Source: Camelus dromedarius | Taxonomy: Eukaryota | Assembly: GCF_036321535.1 (NCBI RefSeq) | Contig: NC_087437.1 | Coordinates: forward strand, 18,044,001 to 18,108,000 | Direction of reading: 5' to 3' | DNA length: 64,000 nucleotides | Shown here: positions 13,011 through 26,213 of the stretch, piece by piece | Layout of the letters: each line of letters starts with the position of its first letter | Numbering within the stretch: position 1 is the first letter of the stretch | The notes under the pieces: generated by a model | Databases searched by the model: none | Seen by the model: only the letters and a program-made list of their open reading frames with translations | What the model was told of the DNA's origin: nothing | Position numbers and translations under genes: made by a program

Positions 13011-13950
13011 AGGTATTCCCAGATTCCACCACCCCAAAATAATCATTGTTAACATAGATAGACTTCATTTCATACATGTCTTTATGAGTGAGAAAGAATG
13101 AACATGAGATATAGTCTATAAAGATAAAGTAATTTTATACATTAATTTTAAGAAAAAAATATTACACTGAAACTTAATTGAATTTCAAGAAGAAAAAGAA
13201 GCCAAAATGAAGCTGAAGAAATGCCTGAACTTTAGCTAAATGCTTCTTCACTAGAAAAGATTTCCTTAAATAGAGCCCTAGGATTGAGTACAAAGATTAA
13301 GAAACACTTTTAGAGGCTGGGGTCATAACCTTTTAAAAGAAAATAGGTTTTTACATTTCAAGCAGCATTGATTGATTCATTGGTCAAAAAATTGAGGAAA
13401 TTCGCCTACTTACTTTTCCTCTTCTCATTGTCTCCACCTTCCAAATCTACCCTTATTGTTCTTACTTCATCCAGGAGTGTAACATAACCCCCGTAGTTTC
13501 CTTGTCTCAGTTTTTATGTAACCCTTATTTAATGTCATTGGGATTCAATGCCCAGTACCAGTTTGTTTATCACAATTTCCTTTTATTTTTTAGTTTTTTT
13601 TTAAGTAAATTATGGGGAATCCACACACATATGCTTTACTATGCAACTGTTGAAATAATACTGTCAAATATTGTTTAAAGACATGGGCAAACACTTGCTA
13701 TGTAGTAAGTGAAAAGGCAAGGGACAATACAATGTCAGCTCTGCAGCACATGTGTGTGAAGGACAGTAAAGAAATCAACACAAATTCACTTTAGGCAGTT
13801 TCCAAAATCTCTACGTAGACAACGTGTTGAATTTTAAATTAGAATTATTTTCAAAAGTCTGCATTCCAGGCGCAGTTCCAAACTGTTAAACCGCTTTTGT
13901 GTTTTCCTGATTGCATGATTTATTTTTTTACTTTATTTTTAATTTCTGAC

Positions 13951-14215
13951 TTTTTATTGATTTTTTATAGTTGCTGTACAATATTTTATAAGTTACAGTT
14001 GTGTAATATAGTGATTCACGATTTTTGAAGTTTATACTCCATTTATGGTTATTGTAAAATATTGCCTATATTCCCTGTGTTGTACAGTACGTCCTCGTTG
14101 CTTATTTTATACCTAAGATTGTGCACCTCTTACTCCCCTACCACTGTATTGCCCTACACTCCTTCCCTCTCCCTGCTAATAACCACTAGTTTGTTCTCTA
14201 TGTCTGTGAGTTAGC
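13951..14215 (-). mobile_element. Older L1 3' end
   Basis: ttttattgatt...tatattccctgtgttgtacagtac...aaccactagtttgttctctatgtctgtgag. Confidence 0.75.
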
Positions 14216-14489
14216 TCTTTATTTTTAAGAATATAAATTGTTATTTCTTTATTCAGTTCATCTCTTGATTGGCTGGATTTTATCAAGACATTTTTAGAAA
14301 GCTCATGAATGCTTCAAAACACTTACAGTTAAAGCAAAAGACAGTAGGAAATTATATATTTCCAACTAGGAAAAAAAAAAATTCACAGGATTTCACATTA
14401 GAGAGCATTTGTGCAGATGCACTGAAAAGAATTTCTTTTCAGCTTGACCGCAAAGGATGCAAGAACTCAGTGTTAAAGGTCTTAAGAAT

Positions 14490-14710
14490 AAGAGCCTCAG
14501 GGCAAGAATTTCCAAGATTGATTTTTGGCCCTACTAAGTACTAGCTCTAAGGCTTGGGGGCCGTTATAGCTATAAGGACCTGAGCCTCAATATCCCCATC
14601 TGGAAAATGTAAATGTTATGCATACCTACCTTAAAAAGCAATTGAAAGAGTTAAAGGAGGAAAGTTTGTATAAAATGCCAGGACAGTGTTTGGCGCATAA
14701 TTAGCTGTAA
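14490..14710 (+). mobile_element. MIR SINE
   Basis: ctgagcctcaatatccccatctggaaaatg core; approximate. Confidence 0.6.
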
Positions 14711-15429
14711 ATGCTGTGAATACGTGACATTTTACACATAAAATCAGTAAATGCTAGTTATCACTCATAATTGGGATTCCTAGGAGGGAAACTTTGATCT
14801 CTCCTGATTAAGTTAGAAGGAAGTCAAATTAGAGGTGAGAGATTATCTTGCATTGCCTTCCAAGGTTTTCAAGGCAGAGGTGGCCAGAATTCTAGCATTC
14901 TTAATGTACCATGGGCAAACGCCAACATGAAGGTAAAGCATCCAGGGAATTCAAAGGAAAATTCCTGTTTAAGTCTTTAAGAGAAATAAATTAGGCCAAG
15001 TTGTGACTGATACTAAATCGTCAGACATGAGTGCCTGATCATAATTTGATATTTCTGTTTTCTCAAACCTTGCTGTAATTGAATTCTAATTTAAAGTTTA
15101 ATGTCTTGTTACTTTAATAAAATAAAACTAAGGAATGTAAATAAATCATTAAATACTATATAGTTCTTGTCCATGTAGCCCATGTTTGGGAGATTAAGTA
15201 ATAAAATATTTTCCTTTTGAGGCTTTAGGAACTAATTGATAGATTAGCAAAGTGAACACCACTCAGAATTATCTCATGGGCCAAGGTGGTTGTCTTGTGG
15301 CACCAACATTTACAGAACCACCTGACTTCTTCCAAAACCTTTGAGAAGTTGCATTAAGGGAGAAACAACACTAATGTAAACCTGGATCTTTTTCTTAAAC
15401 CATTGTAAGCCTCATTTTCAATGAATTTC

Positions 15430-17450
15430 TTCCTTCATTCTTTCTGTTCACAAATATTTATTGAGCACCTGCTGTGTGCCAGGCTCTGGTGAATGTGATG
15501 TTGAACAAAATACATGTGGTTCCTCAACTCTTGTATCATTGCAGTCTATTATTCAAAACAGCATGCACGTAAATGTAAAATTACAACTGTGATAAGTGGT
15601 TTGAAGAAGAGGTACCTGGTGCTTTGACAGCTGATAGCAGGGTGATGTTGTTTTGAAAGAGGAGCCAGGGAAGGCATCTTTAAGGACATTTTAGCTGAGG
15701 GCTAAGAGATAAAGTATGTTACTGAGTGAGGTGGGGTGGTGGGGAAAAAATTCTAAACAAAGGCAATGGTAAGGGTCAAGTCTCTGTAGGCAGAGGAATC
15801 ACATCAAGTCTGGGAAATGAAGGTAGACAAGAGGGGCTAGTTATTCACTAACTGGTGCTGGAGAGGGCATGGTTTGAAAAGAGGCTGGAGGGGTGGGCAG
15901 GAGGCAGACCTCAGTGCATAAGAGCAAGCAGAGGCACTGGAAGATTTTAAGCAGGGGCTGGATCTAGCATGATTAGAGCTTAGAACTCGATAAGTTCCCT
16001 ATTTACTGGAGTAGGAGAACAAGAAAGGATTCCCGCTGTTAGTGTGTACAGGTGAGAAATGGTTGCAGCTCGCACTATGGTAGTGGTAGCAGAGACAGAG
16101 AAAATTGATTAGATTCAAAAGATATTTAGGGGATAATATGATAAGATGTGATGATGAGTTAGTGAAGGAGAATGAGAAAAGGGGAGCCATCAAAAAAGAG
16201 AACCAAAGGTCTCCTAGGTTCCTGGTTGAGGGATTGGATGGACTGTGTTGGGACCACTCACAGGGGTAAGGAAAAGTGGAAGAAAAAAGGGTTAGAGGAA
16301 GGAGTGCGAAATCATGGATTCAGTTTGGACAAGTGGTTGGAGGCCCTTTTAAACACCCAAGAATACATTGAGAACATTACAGACTCTCGAAAAATATTCA
16401 TTCATTGAACCAATGAAGCCATAGTTTAAAAAGAAGCTGAAGACATGAGTTGGATCTCAAAGAACAGATGTGGTTGGAGACATGAGTTCATGAGCCGCTG
16501 GCCTATAGGTAATTATTGAAGATGAGGATATCGAAGAAAGTTCCTTAGAATGGAACACAGTAGGAAGAAAAGAGGGCTGAGGACTTACAAAATTCCAAAT
16601 TTTATGGTTTGGTGAATAGATGAAACCTGTCAAGGGGACAGAGGAGGAGTGGACAGAAAGGTTGGATGAAAGCAGGAGAGTGTGATGGAGGCCAGGTGAA
16701 AAATGTGTTTCAAGAAAGGAAATCGAACCAGAAAATGACACATTGTAACTGACTATATTTCAATTAAACAAAAAAGGAAATCGATATATATTAGCACATG
16801 AAAATATAAGTGTTTAAAGAATTATCTACAAAGGAGTGAGCAACGTTAAGGAGTACAGACAAGGAATATTGAAGCAACCCAGGAGGGCCAGGAGCAGGCT
16901 GGTTTTATCAGCCATAGGGCAAAAGGGGAGGGAGGGGTTCCCTAAACCCAAGAGAGCTGTGGCTGTCAGAGTGGGCTGCCCACCAATTGCCCAGTGGAGC
17001 CTGGTGGGGGGAAAGCCAAAGGAATAAACACCTTGACCTTTCTCTCCTCTCTCCCCCTGAGATCCTGCCTGGACTTTCATTGGCCAAACCTAACTGTTAG
17101 TTAAAAGGTATGCGGGTCTGTTGACGTCATGCTTAGAAGTCAGCAGCCTAGGATAGGGTGGAAAGGATGAAGGGCAGAACTGGAGTGGCAAACAGAGACA
17201 GTCCAACAATTGAGCGGGGAAAGAGTGTTGCTGAGAAGGCAAGTAAGATGAGAATGGAAACACGTCCACAGGGAGACACAGGGGTCCGAGGTAACACAGA
17301 GGGAGCTGTGGGTGGAGAGATGCAGTGGCGGTCAGAATGGAGTGGGTGGAAGAGTGAATGGCAGGTGAGGGAATGAAGAGATTTCAACCAGGTTTGGCTG
17401 AGAATGGGGAAGAGGAATGGGAGCAAACCCTGGAGGGGGGTGTGCAAATG
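15430..17450 (-). mobile_element. L2 LINE fossil with nested insertions
   Basis: Antisense L2 3' end ttcattc...aaatattttattgagcacctgctgtgtgccaggc followed by purine-rich L2 body; approximate. Confidence 0.7.
16727..16772 (+). mobile_element. 46-bp L1 3' terminal fragment
   Basis: accagaaaatgacacattgtaactgactatatttcaattaaa; TSD aaaggaaatcga at 16715-16726 and 16773-16784. Confidence 0.8.
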
Positions 17451-18353
17451 AGAGATGGTGTGGATACTATTTCAAAGAGTTCATTGATGTGCTCCCAGCC
17501 ACCCACTCCTGCTCTCCATTCAATGAATTTCCCCTCATGCCCTGAAGGACTTTCCCTCATCCCCCGCCAACCCAGTTAGACAAGAATCAGATACCGCCTT
17601 GGGACAAGGGGTCACTAGGAATCCAGATAGACAATGGCAGCAAATTATGGCTCTTAAGTTCAAAAATGACTTCTCTGGGTGTGAGATAGAAAGACTCAGA
17701 GGCAAACTTGCAGAACCGGTTTATCCTACCCACCCACCCCCAATGGTGAGATAAAAGACCCTTGGAGCTGATTACCCACACTCATCCCTCACACCTTGGG
17801 CTGGGTCTGACAGGCTTTCTTTTATTTGGAGAGATATTAGAGAGGACTCGTGCCTTATGCCAAGAAGAGATGCTTAGGATCGTCCCCCACGCCCTCCTGG
17901 TGCCACAGCTGTGTCGTGCAGGGGCTTCATTCATCCCGCAGAAACTCATCCTGCTTCGTTATATTCACAACATCATGTGAACTGAACCCACTGCTGCTAG
18001 ATGGACCCTAGAAGTAGCAAGAAGCCTAAATTCCTTGGCATCTTTGATCATCAATGTGGTCCTCAAGACCAGCTATAGAAATAGGGACTATTGAAACTAT
18101 GCCTTTAATTGTCTCTATGATGAGCTATTGTTTCTCCTCCTAACCCTATCATATGTAAAGACTGTTGCTAGTGACTAATATTTTAGGTTTCAGGAGGGAG
18201 TATGAACAAATTGATATCACTCTACAATGGTATGGGACCAGACACAAGAACTTTTCACTAAAGGAAGGATTAAGAAGGGATGCTGTGGGGTAAAGGGGTG
18301 TTGGGTCGCTTCCATTTGCTCTTTCAGATCCACTATTTGCCTTCCTCCGTCCT

Positions 18354-18861
18354 TGTGGGAGACTGAATAATGTACCCTCAAAGATATCCAGATCATAATC
18401 TCTGGCACCTGCAAATGGTGGCTTATTTGGCAAAAAGAAGTTTGCAGATGCGATGAAGTTAAGGATTTTGAGATGGGGAGATTATCCTGAATTATCTCTC
18501 AATGCAATTAGAGTGTCTTTATCAGAGAGAGACAGAAGGAGATTTGACACGGAAGAGAAGAAGGCAACGAGAAAGAAGCAGAGAGGAGCAGAGTCAGAGG
18601 GAGAAGATGTCCACCTCTGGCTTCGAAGATGAGGAAAGAGCCCATGAGCCAAGGAAGGCAGCGCTAGACTCTGGACAAAGCAAGGAAACTGACTGTCCCC
18701 GAGAACCTCTGGAAGGAGGGCAGCTCTGTTGACACCTGGGTTTTAGCTCCGTAAGACTCCTTTTGGACCTCTGATCTCCAGAACTATAAGAGAATAAATT
18801 TCTGTTGGTTAAGCACTAAGTTTGTGGTAATTTGTAGCAGCAGAAAAAGGAAACAAATACA
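18354..18861 (+). mobile_element. MLT1 (MLT1D-like) MaLR solo LTR
   Basis: TG...CA ends, aataaatttctgttg signal, near-identical 5-bp flanks gtcct/gccct. Confidence 0.85.
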
Positions 18862-19049
18862 GCCCTGTTCTCTGCCCTGAAGGTGCTGACCTGCAAGGAC
18901 TATACAAAGATTCCTTTCCCCTCTGATTTCTGTTCCAGTTTGGCCCAACTGGTTACTCTGGTGTAAAAGAACATAAGGACATTTAGGCACAATGAGGGAG
19001 AAAATGTTTAGTTGTGTTCAGTCAGGGTTGAGGTTTTGTGTTGCAGGTT

Positions 19050-19225
19050 CAGGGATGTACTGGAGTTGGCTCATACCAGCTCACAGGGGCCTATTTTGTA
19101 CATTTTTTCCCAGCTCTGTGTTCAGTGGCATCATGGTGATAGCTTGAAATTAGCCAGCCACTGTGAGAAAATTTACATCGAGGAAATCAGCAAGAGCTAT
19201 AAATCAGCCCAAAGCATCCTGCTAG
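19050..19225 (+). mobile_element. MER63A-like hAT DNA transposon fossil
   Basis: tactggagttggctcataccagctc...tagcttgaaattagcc...ggaaatcagcaagagctataaatcag matches recalled MER63 consensus. Confidence 0.65.
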
Positions 19226-19904
19226 AGAGGGTCAATGAAAAGAGAAAGAGATTTAAAAGATGATGATATGAGGAACAGAATGACTACATTTTAAATTACT
19301 AAATGTAATTACTAAATTTAATTACTAATAAACATGAAATATAGGAGCTGATGGATTAGAGGAATGCAGAAACTAATGAACTGAATAAGTCAACAAAGTT
19401 AAAGATCGATGTAGTGAGAGCAGCAGAAAGGTTACCTGCCACTTAGAGTTAAAAAGCAGGCAAAACAAAGTACTACAGAGTTTAAAGATACCAACATGCT
19501 AGAAAGGCAGAGGATTAATAAACACAAAATCCAGGTATGGGCACCTCTAGTGATCTGGGGTGGAGATGCAGTCAAGGAAGGCACCTGCAGGGCCCCTAAT
19601 GTACTGATGATGTCACATGTGGTGACGCATTGATGGTTCACTTTGTTATTCTTCTTTAAACTTATAGCTATGTTTTATACACTTTTTTGTTGGTACGGTA
19701 TACCTCCATTAGGTGTTCCTAACCTTGGCTGATAATTGTTTTAGGCTAATACGCAGATTCACGTGTCTCATTTGAGAGGGATATTGTGGACTAGTTAAGA
19801 ACATGGTCTTTGGAGTCAACTCGAGGTCCACGCAGGGATCTTTCAATATTCATTTACATGACATTGTACAAAGTATTTTTCATTTTACAAACATTTGTTG
19901 AGTA

Positions 19905-20124
19905 GAGTTGACCCTTGAGCACTGTAGGGGTCAAGGATGCCGACCTCCTGAGCAGTTGAAATCTGTGTAAAACTTCATGGCCGGCTCCCTGTACTCACAA
20001 TTTCACATCCTCGGATTCAACCAACCCCAGATCATATAGTACTACAGTATTTAGTACTGAAAAAAAAAATCTGAGTCTAAGTGGATCTGTGCAGTTCAAA
20101 CCCACATTATTCAAGTGTCATCTG
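19905..20124 (+). mobile_element. MER8/Tigger2-family DNA transposon
   Basis: TA|gagttgacccttga ... tcaagtgtcatctg|TA TIRs with TA TSD; ggattcaaccaacc core. Confidence 0.75.
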
Positions 20125-21607
20125 TACCTACTGAATCCCAGACATCAGGCTATGTACCAGGAATACAATGATTCAGAAGACAGATGGGCCAGCATCACAG
20201 ATACAGTTTTCTGTTGTTACACATCGTACACTTTAGCCTCTTTGAACCTCAGTTCTTACTAAGGACAGGGAATTTGTGAATATTAAATAATAAGCTTACT
20301 ACAAAGCAATCGGCAAAGGGTACAGTACTTGGTAAGTGCTTCACCAGTGGTGGCTACTTTTACAATGAACATGTATAAGAAACAAAATGATCATTTATCT
20401 GGCAACCCCAGGAAATAAGATGTCCCAGGTAAATGAATTTTTCTAGAATTTAATCCCTAATTGTTTAGGACTTTTTTTTAAACTGAGGTATAACATACAC
20501 AGAATAAATCAACAAATCTTATATTAATGGCTCAATTTTTTTAAAACTAAAGTACAGTTGATTTACAATATTGTGTTAGTTTCCAGCATACAGCTAATTT
20601 TTTATATAAGTATGCACCCGAGTAAATCCATCTAGATAAAGACAGAGAACATTTCCAGAAATGTGCCACTGAAATGCCTAAAACTTTTTGACCTTAGACA
20701 TTCTTTTGCTAAATTTCTGAAAAGTTTGACATGCTTTTTTTGTCTTCAGGAAGGGAAGACCAGAAACATAACTTAACCAGGTCTTGCTGGCTCTTGCCAA
20801 GGGGTGATATAATTTTGCTGTCTCTTTTTCTTCCTTCTTCTTCTGTATCTCTTTTAGATACACAAATAAAACATGAGGTTGGATACATTTATGTCTGATT
20901 TGAGCTTTCCATCTTTTTTCTAGTTAATGTCATGTGTTTGTCTTAAAGGTCCACGTTTCCTTAATATATGTTGCTTTTAATTTGTTGCAGAACCATATAT
21001 AAGTTACTGATAACTATAGATTAAGTAAGAATCATGTTGGCAGTAAAGACAAAGGCCAGTGAAGGGCTTTCTGAGTGACAAAAATCTGCTTCAAGGGTTG
21101 AGAGGGATATGTGTGTTTGTTTTTGACAATTTTTTCTCTTCCATGAGTTTCACACCCTGTGGACCTGAAGTAGAGTGTTCTTACATATTATTTGTCTTTG
21201 TGTTCTCCTCTCAAGACTGGTAGTAATTTGGTTCCTTCCTATAGATGAGTAATGAGGCACAGTACAGACAGGCTGCTCCCACATTAGGGCAGCGTTCTTA
21301 GTCCAAGGTCTTCCTGTCCCCCCACCCCCAGCTGGGCATTTGATGTTTCAGAAATATCTCTTTTAATTTTTTTAAGAATCAAGTAAATTTGAGAGTTGAC
21401 AATTATTTGAACAGCAGGCTAATCCCAGCAATTATTTCCTTAGTGGTCCAGTAGAGATACCCCAGACAACTGTTTGATCTTGATTTACTTCCTTCTGTTT
21501 GGTCATGGATAATTCTTGACTGTGGATCACATTAGGGAATGAATTACCAGAATGAGATGGATGTAGTCTGTATGCAGCCAACTGCCCACACCTGATGCCC
21601 GGTGCCT

Positions 21608-21619
21608 TTCTTTTTTCTT

Positions 21620-21657
<38 letters not shown>
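21608..21657. repeat. T-rich/poly-T tract
   Basis: Long, nearly pure T run. Confidence 0.95.
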
Positions 21658-21658
<1 letters not shown>

Positions 21659-22519
21659 AGACTTGGCCCATTCGATTCACTTGATGCTTAAACAGAAACT
21701 GAATGACTAAAGGGTTATTGAGACTAGAGCTTTAGAAGCATGTGGCTCTCACATCCATCCATGACAGCTTGCTCTGTGCTGGGCATGTGTAGGACACTGC
21801 ACGGAACTCCCAGGAACACCTGGACCGACCTGCCCACCTCCCCAGGATGAATGTACTTTCTTGCCTTGTTTTCATTTCTCTTCTCTTGGAGACCCATCAT
21901 CTCCACACAGTGTGGACCCAGTTTAATCTTGGCTTGGAAATAAGCTCATTTTTCTCCCCATTTATGGGGAGGTTTCTCCGCAAGTGAGAGGCGGTGTTGC
22001 TCGGTGGGCCGTCGGGGAGAGAGATCATTGCACCGCCTGAGATGGCTTTTCTCCCCTCCGCAGGCTCTGAGAGTCCCGCTTGGACTCCAGAGTCCCATTG
22101 AGAGCATGACAGCGATGTTTATGTGCAATTCTAATGCTGGTTTTAGCAGCATAAGTGCTTTTTAATGCATAGCATTACAGCAAGTGGGCTCTATTCTCTC
22201 AGCTTCTGAATAGCTGTCTAGAGGGGCGTAATTCCCAGCTCTGCCTCCAAGAGCAGTTATTTACAAGCTCAGTTACACGTTCACGTCAAGTGTGGTGAAA
22301 GCCAGGATGGAGATGGGCTGAGTTTAAAGCAATTTGGCAAGTCTTTATTCCCTGTATAATCAATCAGGTCCCTCAGCTGCCCCTGACTAGAGCTTCTGTT
22401 CACATATGTCAAAGGGAGACTGGGAATTTGAGGAACCAAATGCAGAAGCAGACGTTCTTTCTTCTGCCCCACTCCTTCGGAGGTGACCCCATCAACCTCT
22501 TAGTTGCCCTTTAGAATTC

Positions 22520-23200
22520 CATTAAATTGAGATTCCTACCCCAAATCTGCCCACTTCTCTCTACCTCCACAGCCTACACCCTGTCCCAAATTCTGTAAGA
22601 GTCTCCAAACTAATCCTCCTACCCCACTCTTGCCCCCTCTTTCCATTTCTTGCCCCAATTCAGCCTTCACCCAGACAGGACTGATTTTTTTTTAAGTGTA
22701 AATCAGATCCTATTACTACTCCCCTAAAAATTCTTAGAACTTTCCCTCAAATCTAGCATAAAATTTACCTTATATACCTCATCACATGCTTCCTCTCTCT
22801 TGCTCACCACAATCTGGTTGCATTGGCTGCTGGACCATTCCTCAAACATATCAAGTTTATCCCTGCCTCAGGGCCTTTACACATTCAGTTACCGCTGCCT
22901 TTCTCATGGCTATCTCTTCGTTGCTCAGGTCTGAGCTCAAACCTCACTTCTTTAAAGAGGCCTTCCCTGACTACACAGTCTAAGTAATCATTCCTTCCTC
23001 CTAGTTACTCTCTAGACCATTACCCTGTATTTTTCTCAAAGTACTCACATTATAGGAAATAATCCTATTTATTTCATTGCTCATGTGTTTTTCCATCTAC
23101 TCCACTAGAATGTAAAATCTATGAATGGGAACCTTGACCATCATGATCGTCCTGGCTTGGCGCTTAGGAGGTGTTCCATAAGTGCTTATCGAATGAATAC
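22520..23200 (+). mobile_element. L2 LINE 3' region
   Basis: cctgcctcagggccttt, agaggccttccctgac, ccactagaatgtaaa, terminal gaatgaat; approximate. Confidence 0.75.
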
Positions 23201-24041
23201 ACTTTCTCAGCAAAGCCTTAACGGATGCGGCCTTGGTGTTGTGGCTATTACTGTTACTACTGTTGTATCTGGGGCTATTGCCTTTTCTGTTTAGTCATTT
23301 TAGGACAAATGAAAGGGAGTCAGCATGATTTATTTTCCTTTCATTTTCCCCTTTATAACGTTATGTTATTTTTTTATTTTAAATCAAAGTTTTGCATACC
23401 CAACATTTAAAGTTTCAGCTAGTTCTATAAAGTATGTTATTTAAAAAATAAAACAAAACAGCAGGCCCTTTCTCCATCTCTTTCTTCCATCTCCCCACAG
23501 GCAATCACTTTCTCCCATTCTAGCTGATTATCTTAGGATTTACCTCTATGTTTCTAAGTAACACATCTATATTGCAAATGCATGATTTTTCCACTTTAGG
23601 CATCATTTGCTGACTTCCCTTTCTCAAAGATGAGGATTAACTGGCCTCTCTGTAAGAGAGATGGGGACTTAGATCTCTTTCCTACTTTCTGGTCAACCGT
23701 ACACAAGTACCCTTCTCATTCATGAACCTCCTACTAGAGTTAATCTTAGTTTTGGTTAGATTAGTATTCTATGTTGACATTATTATAATCATTTAAACAC
23801 TAACACAGCTAAATCATACAGTAAAATCTGAATTTTTTTCCTTTCCTGTACAACTTCTGGTCATCAAGTATGCACCCAGGTATTCTATGCCAAGATCCAT
23901 TTGTCTCCAAAGTAACCTTTACCAAAGAACTGGGGATTCCTTCTTCAACTTCACCTATGCAATCTGTCCCTATATATTGTGTGAAATTACTCATGCTTTG
24001 TAAAGGTGGAATCGGAACTGGATGCTAAAAGCTGGGACCTA

Positions 24042-24113
24042 CACCCAAACAGGGACTTGAACCCTGGACACTCAGACTAAAATTTGATGCTCTACCGACT
24101 GAGCTATCCAGGC
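24042..24113 (-). pseudogene. tRNA-Lys(UUU) retropseudogene
   Basis: Minus strand GCCTGGATAGCTCAGTCGGTAGAGCATCAAATTTTAGTCTGAGTGTCCAGGGTTCAAGTCCCTGTTTGGGTG. About 6 substitutions (3 at CpG) and 1 deletion versus recalled mammalian tRNA-Lys-TTT; anticodon arm damaged. Confidence 0.9.
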
Positions 24114-24544
24114 TCCTTCCTTCTTCAACTTCAGAATCATGATCCAGGAGGGGGCGGGGTCCTTCTTTGGAGAACAGAAACAGAAAGCTCTGTTCAAGTC
24201 AGTTTCCTATTCATTCCTCATTCAAATCACTGAACCTTGGTAAATCAGATGTGCTCTTTTAAAAATGCATCCCACTGGTCGTCTCATGTATCCACACCAT
24301 GATGCTATCACACAGCAGCCCTCGTTAAGGAGCCTGAGGTTGTTGATGGACACTGACAGCTGCCCATCAAGAGTTGTGGCTTCCAGGGCACAGCTTCGTG
24401 GCTGGTTCCAGGTTTGACTGATGTGTGTTCTTCAGTGAGAGGCTCTGAGGTTATGTATGCCTTAGAAGCAGGGCCATTTTGTCATTTGGTTCCCACCAGA
24501 GTTAATCAGAACATACTCTAGAATAGCTCTTTGCTCATCCCTGG

Positions 24545-24919
24545 TGTTATGCACAGAATGGTGTTCCCCCAAATTCATACACTGAAGCCCTAACCCCTAG
24601 CATGACAGTATCTGGAGATGATAGAGCCTTTAAAGAGGTAATTAAGGTTAAATGAGGCATAAGGATGGTGCCTTAATCCAATGTGACTGGAGTCCTCATA
24701 AAAAGAGGAAGAGATACCAGGGATTCCTGAGCCCAGAGAAAAGGCCATGTGAAGACACAGAGAGGATGCCATCTGCAAGCCAAGTAGAGAGACCTTGGGA
24801 GAAAGCAAACCCACCTTGATCTTGGACTTTAGCCTCCAGAACTGGTAGAAAATAAATTCCTGTTGTTTAAGCCACCTAGTCTGGGGTATTTTGTTAGACA
24901 GCCTGAGCTGACTGTTACA
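24545..24919 (+). mobile_element. MLT1A/B-like MaLR solo LTR
   Basis: tgttatg...cccccaaattcata, gatcttggactttagcctccagaactg, aataaattcctgttgtttaagcc, ...taca. Confidence 0.85.
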
Positions 24920-25981
24920 CCCTGTGATGTCCATGATGCTTTAGAGGCAAGAAGGGTTCCCTCTAAGAGAGAGGAGATTCTCTTCCTGCCCAACTTACTC
25001 AGCCACATCCCTGCTTTCCCTTCTGCTCACTTGCAACTGCTTGGACAGCCCCCAGGCTCTTTTTGGAGCCATACTGGCTGTGAGTACATGCTGGGTGGAA
25101 CTGAAAATCCCTTCCTTACTGACCTGCATGCTGCTCAACTGCTTCCTTCACAAAGGTGAAAGTATTTCACTTTTAGTATTCATCTTGATTCCTAAGGATT
25201 TACACGCTGAGTTACTTTAAGTTGAAGGAAGCCAGAATTTGTGTGGACTTCATGCCTCCCCCCAGGTTGGAATTTACAACATGAGAAAGGCTTTTCATGG
25301 TCTCTGTAAAGTTTTAAAACTGTTAAATTTTCACTTGAACAACTCATCTTGGAGGTTGATAGAGACACCCTCGTAATGAGCAATGAATTTTCTTCTGGAA
25401 TGGACAGAAGCTCATTTCTGTCAGGTGCTGGTTCAACTTCTTTTCTAAGGAGGCCATTTTTCAATTGTCAGAGGATTTGAAAATTTTTAAGATGGTCTAC
25501 AGTTGTACAGCATAGCTGTCTTAATCACAAATAAATTGGCTTCTAAATGCCATTTATATACTGTTCTTCTCACACCTCAGCTTGGGTGGATTCTTATTAT
25601 TTGCTTAATTTTTATCAATGTAATACATGCACTTGTTTTTTTTTAAATTGCATTTTTAAAAAGAGGGAAAATAGGAGTCGTTTACCCAAGTCCTTCCCAT
25701 CCTTATTCTTGCTCCTCTGATGCCAGCATTTTTAACTTTTTTGAGCTGTTTCTTCTACTACTATTTCTTGATTTATCCACTGGCGACATAATCTATTGAT
25801 TATGGTGTTGAGATTAATGGATTTTTAACTCTCTTAGGCTGTGCCTTCCTCTGGCCACAACCTCCCAATATAATTATTTCACTATTTTTGTTAAATCCAT
25901 AATGGGTAGTTTACATCATATGACACAGTAAATGTGTCCTCTGCAAAGCAAAGAGTACCACTGTGACTACATTTCCTCTCT

Positions 25982-26213
25982 CTCTCTCTTCTTTTTTTTT
26001 TTTTTTTTGAAGTAAAAAGAATTTATTTAAATAAAATTTCATTCACCAGGCTTTTGGAGGGAAACAACAGGAGTGATAATCCCTAACAGCAATTCATTGA
26101 AAACTTTTATCTAAATGTGTTTTGTAACTGTATTACATTGGTTTGGCATCAGTTTTTCTTGTTATTGAATCCAAGTTTGGGTGCCCAGTGCACAGTGAGG
26201 CCAAACAAACCTA
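25982..26213 (-). pseudogene. Orphan polyadenylated retroposed fragment
   Basis: Poly-T 25992-26008, minus-strand AATAAA at 26022-26027, TSD acatttcctctct at 25969-25981 and 26214-26226. Confidence 0.75.

Noticed and set aside
22131..22180. miR-15/16-like TAGCAGCA in a possible hairpin
   Set aside because: The sequence after the seed matches no family member I know, and the stem pairs poorly.
24042..24113. Functional tRNA-Lys gene
   Set aside because: Deletion and substitutions in the anticodon arm, CpG decay and a flanking TSD indicate a retrocopy.
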